Source: Cyanophora paradoxa CCMP329 (Eukaryota > Plantae > Glaucophyta). From it: DNA of 51,304 nucleotides. Location of the stretch: assembly GCA_004431415.1 (NCBI GenBank), contig QPMI01000543.1, positions 1 to 51,304 of the forward strand, given 5' to 3'. The position numbers and the translations under genes are program-made. Positions 1 to 13,847 of the stretch are shown one piece after another. The notes beneath the pieces were generated by a model. It did not search any database. It had not been told where the DNA came from and saw only the letters and a list, made by a program, of their open reading frames with translations. Position 1 is the first letter of the stretch; each line of letters starts with the position of its first letter.

Positions 1-77
1 CGCATCGATGGAGCTGGATCGATCTTTGTCGCGTCCTGAAGGATGTAGTCGCCCCCGAAACGAAGCAGACGCGCGGG

Positions 78-566
78 TTGGATGGCAGAAGATTCTGTGC
101 AACAGCCCGTCATCGTCTGGCCGCACGCGCCACGGGTAGTAGCTCTCGCTGGAGCTCGCGCTTGTGGGAATCGCGTTCAGAAGACGACGTTCTTTGGGTC
201 GACGGCGAGGACGCGATTCGTTCGCTGCAACTTTTCGTTGATGGTTTCATCAAGTCCCCACCAAAGACCCGTGGCGCGTTGTCTACGATGGACGCGTCCG
301 CACGATGCTGGCGCGACGACGACACACTTGAAATCACACATGCTGCGCCACAACGCCGCTGCGGTATTTCTCAGAGCTCCGTGATATCGAGAGGAAATTG
401 AGGCCGTGCTGCTCTCCGAACGGGACAGGTTCCATTGCGCGCTGCTGACGATGATGGTATCTTGACGCGATCGGAATTGGCTCTCCTCACTCTCGGCCTG
501 CACGGACGTCTTGGTGTCAGATTGATTAGGTCGCGTATACGTACGGAATTCAAAGCACTCTATTGA
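78..566 (+). pseudogene. Possible degraded ORF fragment, unknown product
   Basis: Protein-like frame 78..401 continues past a single TGA (399-401) in the same frame to a stop at 564-566; no recognisable motif. Confidence 0.25.
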
Positions 567-1849
567 ACTATAGCTAGCTGCAATGGAACGCTATTGTGGG
601 CGTCGTTTGCGTGCCAGGAGCGTCGCATGCGCGCATTCAAGCAATAGATACACGTGAAGCACGACATAGACGTGACAGACGCCAGCTGGTTGTTGTCCTG
701 GAGGGCGCGAAAAGGACCCGGTCTGCAAGAGTCGCGTGCGCGGGCCGCAGATGTCAAGGTTGATCACGAGGGGTGCACGAGCAGCCGCGACCGCGTTTCA
801 CGACGGGCAGGGGAACGGCATGGCGCAGTGCTTGCGGTGAGCCGGTAGTAGTGGCGTTTGGGCCCGGTCGTCGAGCTCGAGAGGTAGCAGCTGCACCGAT
901 CAGGAATCGATCTGTTACCGAGTCGTCTGGATCAGGAACGGTGGGCGACGGTCGATTTCCGGATGCTCCGCTGGCAATCTTATTACACAGCTGGGCAGAA
1001 CTTACCGCGGGGTGTTGGCCGTTACAATCTGGGCCCCTGCAGCTCGACCTCGTCGCGGCTGATTTCTCCGACCCCTCTGGCTCACTGCCTTCGTCATGCC
1101 GCCGCTGCTGGCGCTGGAGCTCTCATCATCGCTTCGCTCCCTCTGCGCCGTGCACGCCACTGCCACGCGCCGCCGCGCCGCCGCGCTTGAGCAGCTGCTG
1201 CGCCGGTCAGATCCGCTCGAGTCGCCCGCGCCGGCCACGGCTGGACGCTTAGAAGGTGCTCCGCCTTGCTCTCCGGGCGCGCGCGGCCGCGCGCCTCCGC
1301 CGGCGCAGGTGCTGCGCGCAGAAAGGCCAACGCGGGATGTCACGCATTAGCATTCGTGCGGTCGCAACAGACGCAAGCTTGAAGAGGCCGATCGCGAGAG
1401 AGCGGCCCGAAATGCAATGGCAATGCAAATTCGATCGGATTCTATAGCTAGACGCGCGCACCTCGCGGATCGGCTCTGGTGCGGAGCCGCAGCGCACGGC
1501 AGATTCGTCAGAGGTGGACTTGCGCTTTGCTCGAATGGGGCGACCGCCACTGGACCCTCTTGATCTTTTTGTCGGAGGGCTTTCTCCCGCGACTCCGGAG
1601 CTCTTCCCCCCTGGCGGCTGCGGCTGCGGCTCCATCTCCAGAGTCCGATTGTCTCGTCGGCACCGCGCTTCCGCGACATCACCCCGGCCGGAGCCTGGGG
1701 GTTGAAGATACATCTGCGTGTGCATTTGAATTTGTAAGTCGTTGTGCGCACTGCGAGATATAGAATTATAACGATGTCGAGTGCGTGCGAGACGATGAAT
1801 CAGGTGCAGGAAGAGTCCATAGTGGCAGGCAGCTAGATTATTATTAAGC

Positions 1850-4110
1850 CACTGGGCGCTCTTGCGCAAGGAACGAACCTTGCGCATGCGGTGCAGGCGT
1901 GCTGGCGGGGGTGCCGGGGCCCGGACCAACGTTCCGGCGTTCAAAGCCGCTTTGCGCTGCTCTAGCCGAGCAGTGCGTTCCGCCAACTCCACTTCAGCCT
2001 TGTCCAGCTTGTACATCAGCTCTTGGATCTCGAGATCCTCGTTTGACGCGCCCTGCGAGATCGCGTGTTCAGTTCGAGTACAACGTCGCATCCTGCGGGA
2101 AACAGGCGCTGCGCATGCGCCCTGCGATTGGGGTCCCAGGAAACGCACTCCTTTGCTCTTGCCTTCTGCAGATCCCTCTTCAGCTTGATCGTCTTGCCCC
2201 AAACTCTGGACCGCTGATCCGCGAGCTTTCGCAGCTGTTCGTCGGCAACCCCGTGTACAAGAAGCCTGCGACACCTCGCATCAGTGATTTCGATCGGTCG
2301 CGAGGTCTCGCCCCCCAAGCGGCTGCACAAACCAGGACTCCTTGCAGCCGTAGCGGGTGCGAACCAACTCGACACGCTTGGCCGCGATGTCGACACCCGC
2401 CTCCCGCATCTCCTCGCAGAAGATGTTGACGATGTCGCGCTGCGCAAGCTCGTCCGTCTTCCATTCGTAGACCAGCGCCCGCTCCAGATCGCGGGATCCA
2501 AAATCCATCTTGATTTTGAAAACCACGGCCTCTGCAGCTAGGCATGCGCACGCAAGCGATTCAGCACGCGCAACGGTGCCGATCATGGGCGCGTAGAGCA
2601 CGGATCGAAATCGGACCGTCAGAGTCCAAGTCGCTTGTGTCGGTTGGCGGGGAAATGCAGCAGCAGGGATTCGGAGTCCGATCGCGTTCGCGCGCTGCGC
2701 ATGCACACGGGGTCAGCAACTGAAATCGAGGGGGCCAGATTGCGCGCCAGAACGCGTGGCGGCAAATATGTGGACGTACGTAAACTTTGCTCGTCGGTTT
2801 CGCCGTCATCGTCGCAGGGGATGGAGAGGCGGAAGCCGCTTGGCATGAGGATGTCCTGCGCCTCTCGCAGCGACGAGCACCATTCGGCTTCCAGCCCCTT
2901 TGGCACGGCGTATTCGAATCCATCCAGGTCGTGAATCGGGAGCGCGTCGGCAGCGGGGACGACAGGCACGCCTCCGCGTTCACGCGTAGCTGACGTGCGC
3001 AAAGACACGAAACCGTTAGAGAAGGCCGGACGATCAGCGAACTCTGCCGGCCGGACAATGAATTAAGATCTATATTGCATTGTTCCGGGTCGAACCTGGG
3101 TCGGTTTCCGCACAGAAGGTGCGTGCGCGGGCCTGCAACTCGCAAAGCAAGCGCAAAGCAATGTCCTTTCCCATCGATACGAGGCCGCAGTGGGCAAGGT
3201 CGTGGGACAGCATGCGATCGCCAGACTCGATGATGAGGAGGTCCCGCTCGCCACCTGCCACGGTGGCCACTTCGCCGTGGCACGCTATCACGGGGACATC
3301 GCTCGCAGCACGGCGGAGCAGGCCTTCCAGGCGCAGCACGACCAGATCGGAAAGCTGTAAAAGGAGCTTGAGCGCGGGGTTGTCCCCCTCGCGATCGCCC
3401 GCCTCGGATGGCTGCCGCCGTGTGGAGACGACGTCGAAGTCGACTTGGGCGGCTTCAATTTCGCCTCGTACAGCTCCCTCGAAGCATCTGCTCATGCGGA
3501 ACGTTACCCATGCCGCGGCGCAAGGAGCTCGAGGCGCCAGAAGGTTTATTTAAAGGTGATCATGATCATGAGCGCAGGACGCGGGTGCAATTAAATGTGA
3601 TGGATGGACGACTGTGTAAAAGCTTGCGATTGCATGAAACGCTTCAACCGCAGTCTGAGATCCCGTTAAACGCACCTAGCAATATGAGCAGCTCGCGAAT
3701 CGGGCGGCGATGGGAGCCGCCTGCATCGCTGATGGCTGAGACGTCCACTTTGCCCTTGCCGAAATCAGGTCTGAGGCGGTTGATTCGGGTAGCAGACTCG
3801 GCTAGAAATGCCTCGAAACGGTCCTCCAGCGATGGGAGACAATGCACGGGTGATCCGAGGGTACCGCGTTCGCCAACTCCAGCCGGCGAATCGATGACGG
3901 TCTTCTTGAATTCAACGAAGAGCTCCAGTGCAGTCTTGAGGGCCTGCTTGCGCATGCATGGACGCGTCGGCTTCGAGTCCTCGGGCTGATTGAGACCGGC
4001 CGCGGTCAACATCCATTTGAGGAGCTGCGGTCGTCGCTGCAGAGGCCGGCGACGACGCCGACGGCGTTGTCGACAGAGGCTGTTGCACAAATGGCGGTGC
4101 CCTGCCAATG
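1850..4110 (-). pseudogene. Fragmented long gene of unknown function with C-terminal coiled coil
   Basis: Consecutive protein-like minus-strand ORF pieces (3644..4108, 3070..3495, 2619..3008, 2281..2706, 2016..2501, then EDLEIQELMYKLDKAEVELAERTARLEQRKAAL) joined by frameshifts and stops. Confidence 0.45.
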
Positions 4111-5733
4111 TTGACCCGGAGCTGTCGGCCCCGCGCCTTCTGCGCCGGCAGCCTCTCCTTTGATGTCACATCGACATCGAACGTGGCCGCGGTAGAGGAC
4201 GATACGAGCCCGCCGGCTCGGCCCCACGTCGGCCGCGCACCAGGGGATCAATATCGGTGATGGCAACCCGACGAGTTCGCCAAAGTTGTGGAGGCGCCAG
4301 CGACGGAATACGTGAAGCGAATGTCGTGCTGCGGGCCATGTCCTCCTCGGCGCTCTCCCAGGCGCCTTGAGAGAGCTTCGCCTTTAAAGTGCCAGTATCT
4401 GCACGCGGGCCCACATGGCCAAGCAGCCCGCCGATTCAGGTAGGTCTGCGTCGAGAGATTGTCTCCGCCTACGCTTCCGCACCCCCATACGTCGCGAATT
4501 TCATTGCCCCTGCGAATGAAGGCGAATCGAATTCAGCGCGGAGTGGTATCGTTTGCGAGCCGTCGATGGCATCGCATTTGAAAGCAATGGGATCCGGACG
4601 TATTTGCGTAAGCAATTCGAAGTTCATCCAATTCTACCCCAAAATCCGTCGCCCCTGAAGCAATCGTGCGACGCATGCGCACCTGGACCGGGGCCTCGTC
4701 GTTTCCGCCGACACTGAAATCCACCCGCGCGCTTCCACCCGCTTTCGAATTCGAGATCTACGCGACAGTAATCAGGTGCACTCGTACGCGCGAGCCATCA
4801 TTGATTCTTCATGGAGAGGCTCTTTATAGCTAGCGCTAGCTTCGGCGCACGCTTGCGTCGGCGATGCCTCGGCTCCCATCTTCGTGGCCTGCATAAAGCC
4901 GTGGAAAGCCACCAGCGCCATGCTGAGCGCGGGCTCGATCTCCCCACGTGCTCCAAGCTCCGCTGCATCACGGCGTCGGCATCGGTGATTTCGCAGTCCG
5001 AGTCATTGATGCGGCGCGCTCGAGCTTCTCTCGAGGAAGGTCTCGAGTCGCAACTTGGCAGCCAGCCGAGCCTGCCGTTCGATCCGCTCCCCGGCCTCGA
5101 AATGCTTGCAGCGGGGTCGATGTCGATCTCCAGCACCCGGGCCGATGGCGAGGTGCGCCTTTGAGCCCGAGCTCGAGGAGAGCTGCAGCTGGAGGTGCGG
5201 GGATACATGTGGGTGGCGCGGCATCGATATCAGCCGAGTACGCGCGGAGCGGTATCTGATGCATGAGGCGCGCGCACCGACTTTGGATCGCCCCCGCGAT
5301 CGCTCAAGGGTAGAGATGGGTAGCGCGACCACTGTCGACGTTGGTGGCGGCTCCAAGTCCGCGGTCCGCGGCCGGCGCTGGCGGCGCGGCGGATCGCGAG
5401 TGCGGACCCAAGCCGGGGCCGGCTGCAGCTGCGGCCGCGGTCGCCGCCACGCAGAGTCGCCCTGGCCGGGGCACAACGCGGCGTCGTGCACCGCGTCCGA
5501 GGCGAGATACTCCTTGAAAGAGAGGGCAAGGGCGACGTTGCCGGCTGCATCGATACACTTGCAGCTTGCAACTGGGCCGCCGATCCCCCGCCCTCCTCTG
5601 AATCTTTCAAGACGATCGCGATCTTGAACGAGCCGGAGGGAGTGCAGGAGCTCGCCACAGCCTTTGCGACTGCCGGCGGGGGCGGGAGCGATGGCGGCAG
5701 CGGCGCCGGCGGGTCTGTCGGTAGTTGAATTAA

Positions 5734-7214
5734 TTAATTGTGAGATGCAAATGCAGTGATGAGCGTTTGTATGTGCCGCGAAAATGAGAATGTATATATT
5801 TTGTACGTAGGCGCACCGATTTTGAGGATGGGCTTTGCAGTTTTGGACTCCGAGGACGTCGACAGCAGAGAATCGAGCCAAAACGGGGAGAGATCGGGAT
5901 CCTTGACATCTGGAGCGACGAGACTGCCGAGGGTGGGGCCCTCTTTGTGGACGCTCTTGAACCGGAGATCGTGCTTCGCGCCCATCAGCTCCTCCACCTC
6001 TGCCCAGGAAGGTCCGAGAGCTTCCTTCAACGGGGCAAGGATTTGGGCGCGGGCACAGAAGACATCTTTGACCCAACCATGAGGTCAGGAGACAGGCCAG
6101 CAGACTCTCCAGCAGGCTCCGATTCTTCTTCTTCTCGAGCTCGTCTTTGCAACCGGTAGGGCTTGACCTGGATCTGGCACGCTCGCGGAGTGGCAGTAAG
6201 CAAAAGCGAAGGCCGAGCGGTGGCGCGCAGCCACCCGCGGTCTATGTCTAAAATTCCAAGCAGGCGCCTGTACATGTAGAGCAGCGCATGCGCAGGCCTA
6301 GGTCGCGGCAAAATAGAATCGGTTTGCTGACGCACCTGCCTCTTTCGCACCGCTTGTACTCTCGACGAGGCAGATGTCGAGAGACACGGAAGACTGTTCG
6401 CCGCATGCCGAAGCCGACTTGCCATCGTCCCCCTCGAGCTCCCCGCCGGCCTTGCTGACATTGCACTGGCTACGATGGACGGCTTTCCCGGCTTCCAACC
6501 AGCAGAAGACGAACCCCAGCGCCATGCCAGCTCTCGGGGATCTCTCCACGTGCCGCGCACTCGACGGCCACTTGGGCCTCCTCCGCGGTGAGCGTGTACC
6601 TCCCGTTGCGGGCGAGCTTGAGCTTCTCCTCCAGTGCTTTTCCAGCATACGCCTGCTCCGGTCGACGAGTTCCCGACACTCGATGTGGGTGAGAGCTCCA
6701 GGGCGGGCTCCTTGTCCTTTGCGGGCGGGGACGCGGGGAGTGCGCTAGCGCTAGCGCTTGGCGGTTGCACGTCGGAGACGAGGTCCGCAAATGACATTCC
6801 GTGGGGGAGGTGAAGATTGCCCAACCGCACATGATTGGTGCAGGCGCAGCACTGGATCTCCGTGTCGGCGGTCAATTGGCCTCCGCTCTGCACGCACGCA
6901 AAAGCATGTTAATTGCTTGCCAGTACTAGCCCTCTGCTTGTCTGGAACGAGAGGCGTGGCGTCGACGTCGACGTTTTGCATTCTAGAAACACAAAGGTAG
7001 ATATCGATGGCACGCCGCCCGCGGCCGGCTCTAGATATGCAGCAAGCGCTGGATGTCCATTTAGCGAGCAGGTGGATTGTATATATGAGCGCACCGTGCG
7101 TTTGTTCTTCGCCGATTGTACGAGCTCGCGACAATGCTCCAAGCAAACGATGTGGGCTTGACCATGACATAGCACGTGAAGGATGACATAGTCCTCGGCC
7201 TTTTGACCGACCAT
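5734..7214 (-). pseudogene. Degraded gene with RING-like Cys/His motifs
   Basis: Pieces VILHVLCHGQAHIVCLEHC and LVLASN*HAFACVQ...IQCCAC, followed by further protein-like fragments (6470..6832, 5734..6030); interrupted by stops and frameshifts. Confidence 0.35.
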
Positions 7215-7577
7215 GTCTCGGGATTGATCAGTGCACAGGGCGCAAGCCGTGATCTTGTCGTCGTCGACTCCGGAGAGGTACGTCGCCGAATGCGAGCGGA
7301 GATCAGCTCGTCATGGGAAGGGGGCTCCTTCAGAGGGGCGAGCGGGAGGAAACGCTCCAGATCGAAATCGACGGCGTCTTCTTGCGCAAGTTGAACCGGA
7401 GGGCGGCTCTCGCGGACGGTGCCTGCATCTGTTGCGTACGAAAGTCATTCGTCTCGCGCACCCTTCAGCTTGTTGCGGAGGAAACGTCAAGCGGTAACAT
7501 TGGGGATTCGAATTCGGGAACAGGAACGCAAACTTAGACTCTTCCGTCGGCTTAAGGTCGGCGTGGGGAGATTTGAA

Positions 7578-9964
7578 TTATTGGGAGGCAACCGCTTGAT
7601 TTGACACGCAAGACGTTTGCGATTGATCATTTATAAGGAATGCAAGATTTAAGAAACACTGGATGCCAGCTGCAGGCTGCAATTGTACAACTAGCACGTC
7701 GATTCGCAATTGATCGTGTATGAGCGCAGAAGGATCGCGAGTACTAGTTCGATTCAAATCAAAGGTAACCAAATCAGGCCACACGTGCACGGACCGAGAT
7801 ATTCGGCAACGAATGTCCAAACGTCATGGGCTGAAAATCGCGAATCGTCTCCTGGAGGAGAGCAAGCGAACGATGGTAGAACAGTCGATCAGGAAGGCCA
7901 GTTCGGGGATGCCAGCCCGACGTCGACTCGCTGAAATGCCATAGCGTATTGTCGCTGCGATACATGTGCGAAAGGAAGCCAACTGCGTCACGACCGAGAC
8001 GTTGCGGAGATGATCGAGCTTGCTCATAACAGGGAATAGCAGCTGAAAATCGTTCGCATAAATCGTAGCGCCGGACAGAACAAGGCGCGTCACGATGGAG
8101 ATGAGACATTCGATACGATTTCGAACTCTCTTATTTTCCGCGTCTCCGGTGCCACCGGTCTGTGCACGTGTGCTTTGATCGTACAATTCCACAGCAGCAT
8201 GAAGCGACTCGGCCGCAATTGTCAGCAGTCGCTTTTTGCAACATACACACGGATCGCGATCGCGGGCGTCCAGCGTACGCAGCGAGGATTCGAATTCGTT
8301 GAAGTCGACGATTTCCTCGTTAATGAAATCCTGCAGACACGTTACAATTGGCGAAAGTTACAATTATATCGAGCCAAATCGAACTTCAGCAGTACTAGTT
8401 AGCTTGGTGTCAGATGCATGCGCATATATGCGCGGCATGCAGATCTAGATCTACTTCCAACCGATACATGAGTTCAATACAACGCACCTTTGCCGTTTGG
8501 CGGTAAAAGGACAAGATGTGAGCGCAGTCTCCAGAGTGCGCTGCTTTGATGACACGAACGAGAGTAACAAGAACGCCGAGTTCATGATCCCTCTTGGAAA
8601 TTGCGTCTGCGGCTCAATTGATATGCACAACGTATACATGTGCCCGTGGGGAGTTAATTCAGAACGACGCACGTGCACCCTTGGTAACATACGCTGCCCG
8701 TAAAGTGGAAAAGCTCGCGTCTCGATCTGGGGGAGGTAACGGTGTAGAAGCCCGAAGCAGCAGGTTTTTCCGAGGTCCCTCGTTCCAGAAGAAGACCGAT
8801 CGACAAAGCCAGCCTCAAGAGGGACGCGTGCGAGTATGTTGTAACCATTTATCACGGTTGGGATGAGCAATCTGTTGGAAATCTCCATGAGCAGATCCGG
8901 AACGATTGAACCGCGACCCGCTGCAATTGCCGTCAGAAAATTGTCGAGCTCCTTGGCGTTGTGGATGAGCGCGTTCAGAGCCGCGGCGGATACGTAGGAC
9001 AGGGCTTTTCCGGGCGCGAGGGGTTCCTTTAACACGGTTGAGATGCTGAGAAAGAGCAATTTTAGCAGCTCGACTGCGGGTGGGTAGTCTTGCTCCCGCA
9101 TCTCAAGCAGCAGAGGCCGAGAACACTGCTCCAGCATGCAGCCGCCTTTTCAAGTGCAAACTTCGACTGTACAGTGCGTACGTATCAGAGAACGCAGATG
9201 CCGAATCCATGGTCTGCATTTGTGCGCACCTTTATATTATTCAAATATGACTGGAAGCGCTCATCGCGATCGAGCCGGGTCTGCAGCACGGACCCGGGCC
9301 CGGAAGGCCCAGCTGCAGGGTGCGGTACCTCCTCAAATTCCAGCCGATTAAACTGCGAAACAAATTCGAGATATCATTCGGTTTCTGCGAGTGCAACGCT
9401 TTCGCATGTACATGCGTAAGTGCACGTAGGCCGATATGTGCCTATATACCGAAAATAGCTGCAGGCGCTTGCTCTTGAATTAAAAAGGATTTTAGATAAA
9501 AAGAACTAGACGTTATATTCACTCTTCGAATTAGCAAGACGTGCCTGCGAGAGAATCAAATGGATGATTGCAAAATAGGGTCCACGTCGCTTTTGATACG
9601 TATTTGGATTGACAGTTAACGTTGTAGCGTCATCGGAAGGGATAGCGGTAGCGACAGATGAAGACTTGTCGATCGCGAGGCCAAAGTTTTGAAACTGGAC
9701 GCCGACGATCATGTCGCTCTCCGAGATAGAGGTGCGATCGTGCAGCTGCTCCAAGTGCTCCTCGGAGAAGTCATAGCGACTGATGCAGCTGAAGGCATCC
9801 AGGAGATTTAGAACAACACGCCCCGATTCGCGCTTTGAAATTTCGTCTCGCGGTTGGAAATCAACAAGCGAAGGAAGCAGATTGATCTGACAATTGGCAA
9901 GTGCATGAATGAAAGGATGGTGCACGTTCATAAACCAGCCGCCGACTGTGCCAATCCGGCGCAC
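7578..9964 (-). pseudogene. Degraded lower-GC gene(s), unknown product
   Basis: ORFs 9506..9964, 8451..9137, 7824..8192 and 7578..7820; the last three share a frame and are separated by stops; helical globular-looking composition. Confidence 0.4.
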
Positions 9965-10243
9965 TGCGGCATCGAAATCGAATACCGGTTGTTAAAAGCG
10001 TGCACGTACGCGTGTGGAATTGAATGCTTATACGGATAGTTTCATTTGGTCATAGGAAACCGATCTAGAACGAAGATAAGACGTGCGCATACACGGACGC
10101 ATGTGCATGCGAGCATTTTGAAATGATAACATTTGGAATCGGGATCCGATGATCCAACCGTTCGGTTGGAGCGCGAGCGAATCGGCCGCGGACCGGGCGT
10201 CTAATCTCAAATATGTTGGACAAATATTGTATATGGTGCGTAA

Positions 10244-11467
10244 TTATTGAACGCAGAGATATATGCCGCGAGCTGAGCACCGTGAGCGAATTCGCCACCA
10301 GTGGATCCGGAGTCGCACCCGTGCACGTACCGTCTGAGATAGCGACCCTGGGCATGCATATGCATGTGCACAGACATGCACACGCGCGCGTGAGTATTGT
10401 GCACAAATCACGATCACGTTCAATGCACGATTTTTTATTATAATAATAGTCATAATTGATTGCGGATCGTATTTTGTTTGAGAGACTATAGCTACGGTGG
10501 GACGGATCGCAGCTATAGGCGAGCTTGAAGAAACGATGCACGCACGCACCTCCAGAAGCAACGTTCCAGCGCGAGTTGCGGGGATTGGAGCGCTTGCAGT
10601 TGCAGCTGCCAGCACCGCGAACAAGAATGGCAAAAGGGTTTCAACAGCACTCGGCTCGAGAGTTGAGACCGTGAAGCGACTGTGGGCGAAGCGGTACTCG
10701 CAGGAATTCGAATGATCTCGCCATTCCAACGTGGCGAGGTCGATACCATAAAACGTCTCGTCGGGAGAGAGGGATTCCCGGAGGTAATCATCGGAGAGGC
10801 GCCGGCGTAGGCCTCCACGAGCTCTGTAGCCCATGGCGAGGGCGAAGCTGTAGCCACCGCGCTGCTTGGGGCAGGCCCCCGAGCGAACAAGCTGATCGAC
10901 GGTCTCGATGTAAGCCCCGAGGCGGCTCTGAGCGTGACGCGTCTTGATGCAGCCGGCGTACGTCCCGGCGTACACCGCAAGGAGGAGGGCCCGTCCGTGC
11001 CCCGCATCGACCGCCGCCCCCGCCTCCAGAAGCTGAGCGACAATCTCCCTCCGCCCCCCGGCAGATGCGGCGGCCAGGGCGAGGTCTAGCTGGGCAGCCC
11101 GATCCGCCGCCCCCCGCACGGAGTGCGCGTCGCCGGCGGTACCGGCAACAGCGGTCGCGAGCTGCTCGGCAACGCGGGCCGCGTCGCCCTTGAACGCTGC
11201 GAAAGCCAGCTCGGAGCTCAGAACGCAGGCGGCGAGCTCGATGTCCAGACCGCCGAGCGCTCCGATGTTGGTCCCGACCGTGCCCTCGGGAACAGAGGTA
11301 TTGTGCAGTCGGGTGCAGTACGAGAAGAGGCCCTCGGTCAGCTGCTTGAGCGCCTCGTCGCAGTCGCGCGGGGCCATCCACAGCGGAAGGTCCAGCTTGG
11401 CGCCGCCCAGATCCGGAGGCCAGATGAGCGGAGGCTCGGCCATTTGCATGTCCGACAGCAACTCCAT
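10244..11467 (-). CDS. Ankyrin-repeat protein (intronless; C-terminus probably degraded)
   Basis: Ankyrin-like segments LAFAAFKGDAARVAEQL, LALAAASAGGRREIVAQLLEAGAAVD, ALLLAVYAG...YIETVDQLVRSGA; TATATA stretch about 100 bp upstream. Confidence 0.62.
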   Translation of the reverse strand: MELLSDMQMAEPPLIWPPDLGGAKLDLPLWMAPRDCDEALKQLTEGLFSYCTRLHNTSVPEGTVGTNIGALGGLDIELAACVLSSELAFAAFKGDAARVAEQLATAVAGTAGDAHSVRGAADRAAQLDLALAAASAGGRREIVAQLLEAGAAVDAGHGRALLLAVYAGTYAGCIKTRHAQSRLGAYIETVDQLVRSGACPKQRGGYSFALAMGYRARGGLRRRLSDDYLRESLSPDETFYGIDLATLEWRDHSNSCEYRFAHSRFTVSTLEPSAVETLLPFLFAVLAAATASAPIPATRAGTLLLEVRACIVSSSSPIAAIRPTVAIVSQTKYDPQSIMTIIIIKNRALNVIVICAQYSRARVHVCAHAYACPGSLSQTVRARVRLRIHWWRIRSRCSARGIYLCVQ

Positions 11468-11841
11468 CTGGTTCGTTTTCAGAATCGACAGCCTGGGGAA
11501 AAATCCTGCTTGTGAGACCTCGCGTTCGAGAGTATGGACTCGCGAGCGCACACGCGATGGTGAAGTACTATATATAGATAGAACAAGCCTTTATACTAAT
11601 TCATTTTTAAGCTAAACCCGTTGAACGTTAACTAGCTGCATATATAGGAGCCTAGATCGGGCGAGCGAGACGACGCCCACGGCCAGGAACTGGAGCTGCA
11701 GCTGCGCATGCGCACGCTGCGGCGCTAGACACATGTACAGCGATAGCTGCGGGAAAATATAGAGATCTAGAGTCGGTAAGCCTTGAAGGTGGTCCTAGGC
11801 CTAAAGATTCAGAGGACTGCAAACGCAAACGCAGCCCGCGC

Positions 11842-12102
11842 TTACCAGCGCCAAAGGCAATCTCCGGCGTCCTGGACCTCCAACAGGTGCCGCAAGGGGG
11901 CTCGCGGGTCGAAGTCGGGATCCGCGAACAGGCCTGGGTCGCGATTCGCCCCATGCACGTGCAGGAGGCCAGGTGCGGGTCCAGATCCTCCTTCGAATTC
12001 CACGCGTACGGCCGGCTCATCCTCACGGTTGATCATGCGATGAAGCACGTCGTCGACGTCCGGGCCGCCCTCCGTAAGAGCCGGTACGCACGCATCGGAC
12101 AT
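11842..12102 (-). CDS. Short hypothetical ORF or gene fragment
   Basis: Protein-like 86 aa frame (MSDACVPALTEGGPDVDDVLHRMINREDEP...), no known motif. Confidence 0.25.
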   Translation of the reverse strand: MSDACVPALTEGGPDVDDVLHRMINREDEPAVRVEFEGGSGPAPGLLHVHGANRDPGLFADPDFDPRAPLRHLLEVQDAGDCLWRW

Positions 12103-12229
12103 GGTACCGGCCGCGGGAGACCTGCGCGCGCTGACATGAGCTTCGAGGTCGCGCGCGCGAACATGGACCGATCGATATCGGAAGCCGCTGAGCTTGATCA
12201 ATGATCATGAGCCGCTGATCATGAGCCGG

Positions 12230-13845
12230 GCACTGCTAACGCTATAGCTAGTAGCGTTCCGAAAGTTTGGGATCCGTGCACGCATCACTAGTGCTGATTA
12301 TGAGTCATGGCATGCATATGTCACAGTGTGTATGGATCGGACCGTCGGACGTCAATTGCAACTCTCATGCATATGTATACGTATAGCATGTAATCCGGCC
12401 CGGCGGCCCATGCCATCATGCCATGATGCCAAATGCATGTATATCATGTGTGCACGTGTGACCGCGCGGCCCGGGGCCGCGGCCGGCAGTATACGTTTAT
12501 ATACGTATATTTGAGTGAAGTTATGTGTGTAATTATAAGACTCAGTGAGATGCGGTTGCGCATGCATGTATATGCCGCATATGCATTGCGCAGGCCTAGC
12601 CTGACGGCAACAGGCTCGTTCTTTCCGAAGTTCTATCATAGTATATAGATATGTGTGTGTGGCTATCTCGGTACTGCGCATGGTGCTCGGGGGTAATTCT
12701 AGATCTAGCCGCGGCGGCCGCGGGCGCCGCAGCCGCCGCTACGTATACGCACCGAATTCCGAAAGTTCGAAACGGTGTTACGGTCCCGCTGCCAGGCTGC
12801 CCAGCGTCGACAGAAGCCCAAGCCGAAGCCACCAGAGAGTATAGATAACCGTCGAACTGCCGCGAGTCACGGTCAGGGGTCCGACGGTCGACGTCGCCGC
12901 GACTCGCCGGGGTCGGTCGCGGCAGTACACTGTGACAATAGCTCTAGCGCGCTAGCTCAGAACGCGGCTGCTGTGCCGCAGTACCGAACGTTAACTTGAA
13001 AGCTTGAACTTCGGAAAGCCTTGAAGCTAGCTATATATAGAAGCCTTGAAGGCTTCGAGCTCGAGTTCGGATTCTGACTTCGGAAGCTCCGAGGCTCACG
13101 TACACGGCCGGGACGGGGGGCCGCGGACCGTGGCACTGGGGTCCACTGTGGGGGGCCAGTAGGCGCGCCGCCAGCTGCAGTGCCCGCCATGGCCAGTGGC
13201 CAGTGGCCAGTGGCCACTGCCAGGCTGGGGCGCCAGTGTCCGGCGGCCGCGCCCGGCCACGCCGCCACGCACCGTGAGTGACGCACGGCACCGTGCACGT
13301 GGCCCGTGGGTCCGTGACGAGCCCGGCGAGTCACAGACTCGCAGAGTCAGGCCGACCCAGGCGGACTCTGCCAGTCTGGCCGCGGGCTGGGCCGCCTGCC
13401 AGGCTGGGCGGGCCATAACTTACTAAGTTAAGCTTGCCGGTGGTACTACGTATACGGTATACAGTACTAGTATACTAGCTAAAGGCTACTACTTGAAAGG
13501 CTAGTACAGTATAATTATATAATTCATTACGCCGTGACGATCGCGAGGCGAGCCTCGAGCTCGGAGTGACCGCGACTCCGCGAGTCATCAATGACTCATC
13601 ATCAGAGTTGACAGAGTAATGTGATCACCGTGGCACTGATCAGTGATCATGAGTCTGACACTCTGAGTGAGTCACGTCCCGGAGTCCGACGGTCCGACGG
13701 TCGACTTCACTGAGTCAAGGCCGAGTTTCGCGCAACGTCAACTTGGCAAGCTTTCAAGTTTAAGCCTTGAAGTTGGCGGCGCAGTACTAGTACTAGTGCG
13801 GCCACGGTGCTCTCTCCTGAGTCTCTAGTAGTACTGTAGGACGGC
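12230..13845. repeat. Palindrome-saturated low-complexity non-coding tract
   Basis: Dense overlapping short palindromes and micro-duplications (ATGCAT, TAGCTA, ACTAGT, GTCGAC, TGGCCA, GAGTC/GACTC); no credible ORF. Confidence 0.7.
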
Positions 13846-13847
13846 TT

